Positions 1-12,200 of a stretch of 64,000 nucleotides of DNA are shown here, in pieces. The notes beneath the pieces were generated by a model that worked only from the letters and a program-made list of their open reading frames with translations, did not search any database and had not been told where the DNA came from. The first letter of the stretch is position 1. Each line of letters opens with the position of its first letter. The stretch is from Lytechinus pictus. Its lineage: Eukaryota. The stretch is from assembly GCF_037042905.1 (NCBI RefSeq), contig NC_087252.1, positions 26,972,001-27,036,000 on the forward strand, given 5' to 3'. Made by a program: the position numbers and the translations under genes.

Positions 1-54
1 TTCAGTGTGCAGATATTCTGCAATAACATGACCCTTTTGAAATCTCTGTTTCAG

Positions 55-210
55 AGGCCCAAGTTACTGTTGAGCCAGGGTACGACACATCCTTAGCTGT
101 AGGGGGATCTGGATCCTTCACCTACAAGTGCGTGAATGGCGATGCTTCGAATCTGGTTTACCCGACGTGGACGAATGAGGATGGTCAGGTCATCCAGACA
201 TCAGCAGGCG
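55..210 (+). CDS. NCAM-like exon, Ig1 N-half
   Basis: tttcag|...|gtaaat, phase 1-1; AQVTVEPGYDTSLAVGGSGSFTYKCVNGDASNLVYPTWTNEDGQVIQTSAG. Confidence 0.85.
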
Positions 211-3200
211 GTAAATATCCAATTTGATTTGATTTGATTGTATTTTTACTTTCCCATTACAAAAGTGTAAACAAGTGTACTCATTTTCGATATTCCATAA
301 CACTAAGCAACATTTTGATTAACATGCGTTAGGTTATTCTCATTAACTTATTAATTATACTTTTAAAAAAAAAATTGAAATGTTTGTATGAGCTGAAAAA
401 ATATATGTAAACACGAAATTATCAATGAAAATGTGGGAGAGCTCTATCTCAAGCTTGGAGCTTGAAATTGATGGAGGCCTCAAAAGGAAAGAAAGAGAAG
501 AAAGAAAAGAAAGAAAATGACAGAAAATCAGAATACAGTGCACGATACAAGACTTATCTTGTATTGCACAACATATAGGAATTAAAAAAAAAGAAAAGTG
601 GATAGGGAAAGACAAATGAGAAATGTACAATTTTAATGTTGAAAAAAAAAGCGAAATTGCAAGTATCAGATTTGTGCTCTCATGGATGTAGACGGAGACA
701 CCGTTCTCATCACAAACCTGGAAACGGGTCTACTGGAAACCGGTTCAGGTAGCCAGTTTGGAAGATCGCTTTGCTATCTTGATTTCATCGTTCAAATTCT
801 CAAGACTTAGGGGCAAAAGCTCAGTCTGCCGTTGACGCTATTTGATATGGGCTGAAGTTAGCGATTCCATACGGCAAAGGCAAATTCAGTGAACGTGTTG
901 CTGCCCTCTACATTCGTTTGACGATATCTAAGATTTGAAGAATGAAGCCAAAATAGGGCCATTTCTGATGCTCGATCTGGCTGAAATTCAGGATAAGGAT
1001 CGATTATTAAGTTAGATATAAGCCCAATGCACTTCAATAATTGTGATGTATCCATCTACGTTTCTTGAATTGCCCTCGAATATAGTACACAAATTAAAAG
1101 ACATGACAGCTTCCGATCTTTGGTGTTTTCGCTCTTGACCCAGACCGGCTTGGCCTGGGGGAAATACCCCCAACTCGCTGGGCTCAGACTTCCAGCCCGG
1201 CCGGCCCGGCTCCCAGCATTGAATAATAATGATAATGATAACAGTAATAATATTAGTAAAAATAATAATGAATAACAATAGTAGTAATATTAGTAATAGT
1301 AAGAATAATTAATAGTAATAGTAACATTAATAATAATAGTAATAATAATGATGATGATGATGATGATAATAATGATGTGCCAATTCCATAATAGGTTTTA
1401 TGCCACAGACCCCTGAAAATAGACAAATCTTTCTTCTAAATTTTAGGTGGAAATGAACGTGTGTATACTACCGAGTCCATCGAGCCTGTCAGTGGAGAAT
1501 TCTTGTACATTACTCGGTTGACCTTCTCCAATGTGGAGATTACTGAAGATGGCGTTTATACTTGTTCAGTGAATTCCGATGAGGAAAGTAGACAGATCAT
1601 CGTATCAAGTAAGACCTCAATCGATAGTGGGAGCTAAGTTTGACCGAGTCGACCCATGGCCTTTTAACTTTAACATTTTTCTTGTGAATTCTAACCATAA
1701 ATATAAGATGTTAAAGCATATCCCTCCTTCTGTGTTTTTTTAAAAATGATATTATGTTTACTGTTAAAATGCTTTTGCAAATTTCAAGCATGTTGTTTAA
1801 GACTGTCAACCTAACAACTTCCGTTTTAAGTGTTCAAACCTTTAAACAAGTTCTTTAACGGTTTGAGCAACTTCTTAAAGGATTTAAACAAGTTAGAAAA
1901 ATTTAAACAACTTGATGTTAGAGTGACGATGTAAACAACATGCTATTCTTCTACTGTCTTGTACTATCAATTTGTTTAAATTGCCTTTTGATCTACATTA
2001 CACTTGGTATAATACCCACTGTGTCTAATTCCTATTTAGTCTAAAGGCCACCGCACTTCTTACGACTGGTGCACGATCCTATTTTGAAACAAATTGCATT
2101 TTGCAAATTTTCTGAAAATACGAATAAAAAGTATCTTTTTATTTGATGTTGAAATTCCAATTTTGGATGATTGCAAGCCTTCATTTTGGAGTAAAGGCCA
2201 AATTATAGTTTCAAATCGTAGTCAGTCATACAATTGCTACATGTATGACATCATTACGACTCGATATTAAATTTGCATTTATTCTAAGAAGGATGATAGC
2301 ATAGTTACAGATTTGAATGTTGGTATTCGTATAATGATTTAGAACATTACACAATAAGATATTCCATGGCTCAATATCAGCATCAAATTCTACGTACTAC
2401 GTTTGGTTGCAGACCAATCGTAAGGTGTGCGGTGGCCTTGATGCTCAGATGTTCTTATTTCCACTTCATCTTCTAAGTAGTTTTTATATGTCAGATACAA
2501 ATTTGATTCTGACATGTTATTGACTATGTGGCGCCTTGGCCAGACTAACTTGATATTAGACCAAATGGGTATATCCTAACTGCAAATGCAGACAGTGGTA
2601 CGTGGGCTTCATGGGAGTTAGATATCAAATAGTATGGAATTGGTTGTAGGCGAACTGGTCTTAGATGAAGCTGTTGTAGACCAAATGGCAATTTACTTTT
2701 ACCAGAATTTAGACTGCAGAAATTGTATTCTTGTATTTATACTGTACGATATGTTGGTTTTTGGAGCTGAATGAATAATAATATTTTTAGTTTCACCACC
2801 GGATATGTCAATCACAATGTTGATGCATAAATTGTTTCATGTGAATGGAGTACATTGTAGGCAATGGAAGTTTCCATTGTATTGTGAGTCGAAAAATATT
2901 GACTGGCTTGAATCTTCTTCTGCTAGTGGAGAAAGCTAGAGCTTAACATAACATAAACAAGGGCGTAGGCTGGTTTGAGCATGGGGTGGTGCACATCCTG
3001 GGGGGGGGGGTGCACATCCTTGGGAGGTGGTTGTAAAGTGGTATGGGGGTGCAAAATCTTGGGGAGGTGGAACCAAAGTTTGGAAAATCAGCTGTTGAAA
3101 GCAGAAGGGTACAAATTTTGTTTTGCTTGCCAGTGTCGGAACTCCTCTGCCTCAGCAGGAGGGTGTACATGCACCCCAGCCTACGCCCTTGATATCTGCG

Positions 3201-6200
3201 TTAGCATAAAGGAGCAATTCTGCTTCATATTATATCTGTACAGAATGTCAACCGTAATCAGGGGAGCATTTCATGAAAATAATTGTAATTGATTTTTGCA
3301 GACTACTGTTTATATGAGCTACCAAAATCCTTGCTTTTGATTGGCTCACAGCAAATTGATTGTAAAAATCTTTGTCTTGATGCTTCATGGAACACTTCCC
3401 TGCACATTTTTTAACTTATGCTTTCCTGTTTGTCTTTATTTTTCCATCCAGTTCCGATAACCTTCCCAGTCATGGAAGCAGAATCCAGTCAGCGTTTACT
3501 CATTAATGAAAACGGTCGCGTTGAATGTACAATCAATTCCAATCCTTTTCCCAGTGTGTACTGGAAACTCAATGGCCAGTTCATCGACCAAACAAACAGT
3601 AAGTCCTGTTTTGTCACAAAATGCCTTGCTTTAAAGGCAAGTCAACCTTTAAAAATGTGAGCAGAAATGGGACCAATTGCTGATTTCATCTTTTAGTGAA
3701 GTAGATAGATGATAGGTAGTCCAGGCACTTGAAGTTGTATTTATCTGTAAACATTTAAATGTCATTAAAAATGTACTTGATTGAAGGTAAGGTAGACACC
3801 ATGGCCCGTATTCTGAAGTCAGGTTTAACTTAGACTCAGGTTTAAAGTTGTGGTTTAAGTATGGGAAGCCAAAAGTATGAAATTTTTTACTAAGTTGTAT
3901 GTTTCTTATGTTTACTGTGCTCTTTCCTGATTCATCGATGGTGAAGACAATAATTTATATATACTTCCTAGACAATTATGAATGATTTGAGAGCCAAATG
4001 AGCTGAAATATGATATCTCTACCATTAGTGATTTATGTAACAATTAGCTGTCCATACTTAAACCACAACTTTAAACCTGAGTTTAAGTTAAACCTGATTT
4101 CAGAATACGTGCCCATGTACGTAAGTACTCAATCATTGATGTGTGATTGGAAAAGTTTAATCCCCTTATCACTAATTTCTCAGATATGCAGATCCAATAC
4201 CAAGTACTGATTTCCCATTGTCCATTCATTACCCAATACCAAGTACTGATTTCCCATTGTCCATTTCCTATTACCAAATGTCCATACTGATTTCCCTTTG
4301 TGCATTTCCCTTTACCCAAAGTCCATACCGATTTCCCTTAGTCCATTACCCATTCCCCAATGCCTATACTGATTTACCAATCTCCAATTCCAAATACCCG
4401 ATTCCTATACTGATTTTCCATTGTCTTTACGAAATACCCAATACTGATTTCCCCTTGTCCATTACTACCCAATGCCTATATTGATTCCCATTGTCCATTA
4501 CCCACTACCCAATGCCCATATTGATTTCCAATTTACCATTACCCAATTCATACCCAATACTGATTTCCCATTTTCCATTACCCAATGCCCATATTGATTT
4601 CCCATTGTCCATTACCCACTACCCAGTGGCCATATTGATTTCCCACTGTCCTTTACAAAATACCAAATGCCTACACTGATTCCCATTGTCCTTTATGTAA
4701 TACCCAATACTGATTTCCCATTTTCCATTACTCAATATGCAATACTGATTTCCCATTTTCCATTACCCAATGCCCATATTAATTTCCCATTGTCCATTGC
4801 CTACTTCCCAGTAACCCATACTGATTTCCCATTGTCCATTGCCAAAAACTGAATGCCTACACTGATTCTGATTTCCATATTCCATTATGAATTACCCAAT
4901 GCCTTTCCTGATTTCCCATTGTCCTTTACCCAATACCCAATACTGAATTCCCGTTTTCCATCACTGAATGCCTGTATTGATTTCACATTATCCATTACCC
5001 AATGTCCATCCTGATTTTCCAATCTTAAATACCCTATATTGTTTTCCTATTTCCCATTACTCAATATCAATTGCTGATATTCCATTATCCATTACCAAAT
5101 ACCCAATGCCCATCCTGATTTCCCATTGTCCTTTACCCAATACTGATTTCCCGTTTTCACGTTGTCCATTACCCAATGTCCAAACTGATTTTCCAATCTT
5201 CAATACCCATTATGGTTTTCCCATTTCCCATTAATCAATATCCAATGCTGATATTCCATTATCCATTACCAAATACTCAATGCCCATCCTGATTTCCCAT
5301 TGTCCTTTACCCAATACCCAATACTGAATTCCTGTTTTCCATTACCGAATGCCCATATTGATTTCACATTTTCCATTACCCAATGTTCATACTGATTTTC
5401 CAATCTTCAATACCCAATTTGGTTTTCCCATTAATCAATATCCAATGCTGATATTCCATTATCCATTACCAAATACCCAATGCCCATCCTGATTTCCCAT
5501 CGTCCATTTCCCATTACCCAATGTCCATACTGTTTCTCTTCGTCCATTACCCATTCCCCAATGCCTATACTGATACCCAATACCCAATACTGGTTTCCCA
5601 TTGTCAGTTACCAAATACCCACTGCCTATACTGATTTCCCATTGTCCAATACTGATTTCCCATACTGATTTCCTATTGTCCAATACCAAATACTCCATTC
5701 CCATACTGATTTCCCATTGTCCATTTGCATAAATGCCTTTTCCCAAATGCCAATATCAAAGTTCCCATTACATGCATACTGTAATAATTTGTCATTTCAG
5801 CTGAGGACAGGTATACATTTAGTACTCAGACGATCGTAGAACCAGAGAGACCAGGTTTTGAGCATGCTGAGATTGCTATTCTAGAAGTACGGGATGTCAT
5901 TGCCCAAGATGCCGGTTCCTACGAGTGTTTCGCAACGGTCGATTCAATAGGATCCACTGATACCTTGACTATTGCAGTCCTCGTACAAGGTCGGTACCGT
6001 ATATTATAATCACAAAGTAATTCAATATGTGATGATTTTGATGCAGATTATTCCGGTGGTGGTGGTGGAGAATGATGACGATGAAGAGGAGGAGGAGGAG
6101 TATTACCGATACGATGTTAGTGATACTGATAATGATGATGTTGATTGCAATGATGATGATGATGATAATGACTGATGATTGTGATTACAATCATGATAAT

Positions 6201-9200
6201 GATGCTATTGAATGTTGTATTGATGATTATGATGAAAGTAATGATCTTAACAGAGACTGGAACATATTCAGGTTATCATGGTACTTAAGGTAGTAGAAGG
6301 CCTAAATATTATGCTTCTACTGATCCCTCCCTAACCAGTTCTTATCTTCTCTGTCGCAGTTCCGCCTGAATGGACCGTCCAACCCGAGGACGTCCAGGGC
6401 GTAGAGGGTTCCTCCGTGACCATCCAATGTGCAGCTTCCGGGAACCCTGACCCCATGTACACCTGGACAGACCAGTCGGGACAGGCCATCACTCCCGTTG
6501 AGGGAAAGTATGAGCTTGTTGATGATGGCGAGTTCTTCACCATTCTTAACCTGGAGTCAGCGGATGATCAGACCTATGTGTGTACTGCCTCTAATGATGC
6601 CATCAATTCCACAACTACCACTGAAATAACGGATCCTGTGAGGTTAGCATTCACTGCATATTGTCTATGGCCTGTGAGAACTCTGCTTCTCAAAGATCTA
6701 ATGATATTGAGGATAGCAGAGTGACACTTCTTTACACAGGAATAAGAAAACCACTTTCAAACAATATATGGTTGCCACTTTTGCAATTACTCTGTAACAA
6801 AGCTTTTTCGCAGCTGTCCTTCAAACTTTTCAAATTTTGAGATAAAGGTTTAATTTCCGACTGACAATATGACACTGATATCAATTTCTGGGTGGAGGAA
6901 GACTTGATAACGTTAATTTTGTCCCTCCATCATGTTTAAAAGAAAAAAAAATGCTTGTTTACCAAATGCTCAAATTGCAAGCAGATGGAGATGCAAGTTT
7001 TATCATGAAACTATTCCGTTACGATGTATGTGAATGTCACTTGAAGGTCAAAGGTTATTTGAGATCAGGATTTAAAAAAAAAACATATCACATATTTTTT
7101 CAGTATTGTTCTATTCTAGACCATAATCTTGCCTCCCCCTTTACCCAATTTTGACTACGTTTGGACCGAACATTGGAACATACATGTATGTAGATGGCTA
7201 AAGCGGAGCTGAAGGACATAAAAGCGTCAAAGGTCTTGTGCAGGGGACATGGTGCATAAGACTTTTATTTGACTCTTCTCATGCTTTTTTCCCCCCTTAA
7301 ATTTATTTCTCTTTGTCTCTTTTGTTTCCCTCTCTGTCTCCCTGACTGTGTGTCTGTCTCTCTTTCTATGTCTGTATCTTTCTGTCTCTGTCTGTTTCTC
7401 TCTGTCTCCCCCATCTGTGTCTCTCATCCCCCCCATTGCCTGCATACAGGTTAGAGGTCCTGATCCCACCAGCACTCAACGGCCAGGACAATGAGACTGT
7501 GATCGAAGGAGAGCTTTTCAGTATGGATTGTATCATCACGAGGCCCGATGCTACCGGCACCCTTTCGTGGAGGCGGTATGGCATCACCGAAGACGATATC
7601 GTCAATGAAGGAACCTGGGTAAGCTCACAATGATGATGATAACTTGTGATGGTGGTGATGGTGTAGGTGTCAGACATTGCGATGGAAATTAGAATGGTGT
7701 TGGTAGTGGTGGTAGTGGTGATGTTGATGATGGTGAGGGTGGTGGTGGTAGTGATTATGATGATGATGATGATCATCATCATCATCATGATTATGATGGT
7801 GGTATTGATGGTGGTGATGATGGTGGCAGTGATGATGATGACTATGTTTGTGGTTTATCCGATGATGATGGTTTTTGGTGATGATGATGAAGAAGAAGAT
7901 GAAGGGAATCATTTTATGATGTCGATGTGTATGACAATAACATGAATTGATGTTCGCAATAACAACGATGATGATGTTGATGATCACTTCATTCAATAAA
8001 CATTCTAAGCAACACATACATGTAGGCTGTTCCGATAACGTGGCCCCATCTAATCTTTCCTCTCCCTTTGTCCGTCTCAACCAGAATCTTGATAGCAGAG
8101 TGACCGTTACAAGGAAGGACGAAGGAAGGACACTGACCCTGTCTCTCTCACCATCCAACTATGATCACTCAGGAGGGTGGACTTGTTTTGTGGAGAGTGA
8201 TGCCGGTGATGCTCATGTAACCCATTACCTCTCTGTTGAATGTAAGTTCAAAGGTCAAACATAATTATCTGTCAAAAGATTGCAGGCCCTCAAGTAAAAC
8301 GAGTTTATGAACTGACGTGGCTACCCTTATAAGAAATATGAAACAAGTGAATGATAGTAATAATAATAATTAACATTATTAATAATAATAATATATTTAC
8401 CCAGGGTTGCCACTTCAGTTCCAAAAACTGTTCTCCCAGCAGGCCCTGCTATTATTATTACCCAGGCTTTAGCTTGGCTACCTAGGTTCTCAAGCACTCA
8501 AGGAATTCCTACCTGTTACGCATTCACCTCACCTTCGTGGAGTGCAGCACAATGTGGGTAAATTTCTTGCTGAACGAAAACATGCCATGGCTAGGAATTG
8601 AATCCATGCCCCTCATATTAAAAAAACGAGAGCCATGACGCCCCAACTGATGAATGAATAAATGAAACATTTGCACAGTGTAAAGAACATTTGCTTCAAC
8701 TTTTACCGCCATGAAACTTTGGTATAAAGCGCCTTATAAATTGTGTATATTACTATTATTATTATAACTTTAATTTGGCCTTATTTCGTCTAAGATGAAA
8801 GGTTAGATTAACGGTTGCAATAACGTTTTACATTAGGTTTAGGGTTATGGCTAGGAAAAGGGTATAGTGTTAAATCCAGGGTTGAAGTTAGTTATTCCGT
8901 AAGTGTGGGGAATATACAGCAGAGCATCTGCCATACAACCTCTGTACCATATTTTATTGATCAAGATGAAAGTGGAAAAGTAATGACAGTGAAGATGAAA
9001 TAGCCTTACACTGAAAACCACTATAAAATGACTAATGGCGATATAGGTAGTAACGACAAGACATTGATAGATAAAATTAATCCTGTAATCTTTCTCTCTC
9101 TTTCTCAACAAGCTATTCCGTTCATCGATCGTAGCGAGACGCCTTCTCGTGTCTTGTCCTGGCCAGGTAACCTTGTCAACATGTCCTGTGTGGTCAACGG

Positions 9201-12200
9201 CTTCCCGTATCCCACCATCCGTTGGTACATTGTGCAAGATGAGAGATTCATCCGTGTCAATGCCACTGAACACATTCAGTTCTTACCAAACCAGCCCAGG
9301 GGCACGTCCGTCATGTCGGTGAGTTCAATGCAATACAGTTGACCTCTCTATGAAGTCTTACTGAAAATTTTTACAGAAATTTCAAGGTACAGCTATTGGC
9401 TGGTCGGTAGCAAGTGGCAAGCGTAATAAGCTTGTAATAGGCATGCAGAGAAATAACAATTTTCTACCAAGCATGTACTGCTGCTAGCTTACAATCGCTT
9501 ATTCAGTGAGCTACCAGCTGGGTGCTAGCTAGTTACTAACTTACAGCATGCTTTGATTTCTGTAGGGGTATTTCTATGTGTAGACCTACTTGTATCAGGG
9601 GTTGGCGTAACTGGTGGGGGGGGTGTTCAGCCCCCCCCCCCCCTCATTTTTTCCCAAAGCCATTTACAAAAAACTAATTACCATCTGATTGTGATTTTTT
9701 TTTTGCATGGTCAGCCCGACCCCCCCTCCCAACTTCAAGACCGTCCCATGGTCCCTGTGTATTATGATATATTCAACTCCATAGCATGCATTATATGTAT
9801 GATATCGAATCCTAAGGCAGGCAATATAAATGATATTCCATGGACTAACTGTGCCGCTAAATTTCTGTTTTCTCCTAGATCACACCAACCGATGCAGACT
9901 TTGTTCCATATTACTGTGAAGGTGTCAACAAGCACGGTGACACAAAGGAACGCATTGAATTGGTAGAAGGAGGTTTGTATCACCATCTCAAATCATTAAT
10001 AATAATAACAATAATAATTGTATTAATGACATATTTTACCCAGGGTAGCCACTTCAGTTCTGAAAACTTCTCCCAGTCGGCCCTTCTTAACATTATATTG
10101 TTATTATTACCACAGCTTTAGCGCGGCTACCTTGATCGGGTGCTCAAGCATTCAAGGAATTTTTGCTACCGGGTACACATTCACCTCACCTGGGTTCAGC
10201 ACAATGTGGGTAAATTTCTTGCTGAAGGAAAACACGCCATGGCAGGGAATCCAACCCACATCTCTCAGATTGAAAGACCAGTTTCATAACCACTAGACCA
10301 CAACGGCCTTACTTCACTTGTGACAACTTGGTCAGAAATCTTGGTTTAATTGTTAAAAACAATGTCAATGGGATATGAAATTTAGGAAAAATCTTGTAGA
10401 AGCAAGGGACATTTTTAGGTTTTTTTTTCAATTATGTCGATCGATCCCATGCAGTGTTTCTAGCAAGAGGTAGCAATACATGATTTATCCAGAGCTGTGC
10501 AGACATATTTACAAAAATGTATTTGTTACTTTCATTTTAAGCAATTCAATTTTTGTCTTTGCAGGCTTTCCCTCTGAGCCAGAGAACGTCCGTCTCACTG
10601 ACGTCACTTCATCAACCATCAGGGTGCTCTACGATGAACCAGAAAACGATGGCGGTTTCGACATTGAGTATTACGTAGTCATGTACAATTCCGGTTTTGA
10701 TAGCCTCAACGAGACAAGGAAATACGATAATAGTATGTATACCATCTCAGAAAAGGATTAGAAGGGGAAACAAATGAATTGCGCTTAAAAACAAAAATGA
10801 AATTATTTTGTAATTGATGGCTGTATTTAAGTGAGATGCAATATGTTCAAGTTTGAATTCAAATGCAGATTTAAATGGTCATTGTCCTATGAGGAAAAAT
10901 AGATACTGTATCCCCTGAAGATCCACTTCATTAACACTTTGGGTACGGGAGCCTGGTCATCCCTGTACAAATTCTATGGGAATTTGAAAAATTCAGTAGT
11001 AAACGGGTTAAGTTGGCATATCCAACTAAACAAAAAAAAGACCGGAGATAGAACATTCACTGTTGCATCCTCAATGGAATAGATCAAACTCCCTCTCACA
11101 ATCCCCAACAAATGAATCCTTCAAGAAGTCTGTAAAACTTTGTTGTTTTAGTCAACTGCCTTAATTTTTTTGTTCGGTATTGATGATGATGCACAGCATT
11201 TGTATAGCGCCGTATATCTGTCAAAGACATTCAAAATGCATTTTTTCTTTGAAGAGCCAGCCAATCTGGGTCGCCAAGAAGGGCGCGCACACAGAACTGT
11301 GACCCTCAGGTCTCTCCTCCCGATATAACTGATTGGGGGGAATGCAGGCGGACCATTACACCGGGGTTTCCCCCTACTCTTATTCGAATAGTGCAGTGGG
11401 TTCTAAACGTGTAAAGGTGGTGACTCTCCTCTACACGGGGCCTCCATTTAACGTCCTATTGTCTAATTGTTTTTGTATGTATGAGGTAAATTGAAATTGT
11501 GTGCACTTTAGGCCATGTGGGAAAAGTGTGTTATAAATATTGGGTATTATTATTAATATTAAAGTGGGAAGATTTACATCTTCCCCATCATAATGAATAT
11601 TGCCCATTTTGTTTCTTTTGTCACAGTTACGAATGTCATGCTTGACGGTTTAGCCGGTAATACGAGATATCAGGTGTGGGTAGCAGCAGAGAATTACAGA
11701 GGCGTCGGAATCTACTCCACAGGCAAATACGCTACCACGGAACTCAATAGTAAGTATGCTCAAAACCTGCAACTATGCGGCCATACTGTATCATCATGGT
11801 TCCCAGCCCATCAGGGAAAATTATTTTACTTTTTTTCCAGTCAGGGAAAATCAGGGAATTTGATTTTAAAATACCTCAAATCAGGAGGGGAAAAAATGCC
11901 TCTAATGAGGGAAAAAATCAGGGAATTTCGATCGGCCCAAAAGTCGAAAAGCACAGTAGTCAGTCAGACTCTGTTATATTTTGTTGCATATCAGAACAAT
12001 GTCCATTGAATGACTGGTTATGGTGGTACTAATTAGTTCTACATGATTGTTTTTATACTGAAAATACATGTAATTCACTGCAACAACTTGGAAAACATGC
12101 ATAACTGGGAATGGGTGTGAATGATTAATTATCAGGGAATTTTCAAATTTCATCAGGGAAAAATCAGGGAATTTTGTTTTCTTGAAAAGCTGGGAACCCT

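Noticed and set aside
4083..5746. Cluster of PILISH-repeat ORFs
   Set aside because: Minisatellite translations with frequent stops and no splice support.
7366..8158. His-rich and Met/Val-rich ORFs
   Set aside because: Translations of a (GAT/GGT)n microsatellite within an intron.
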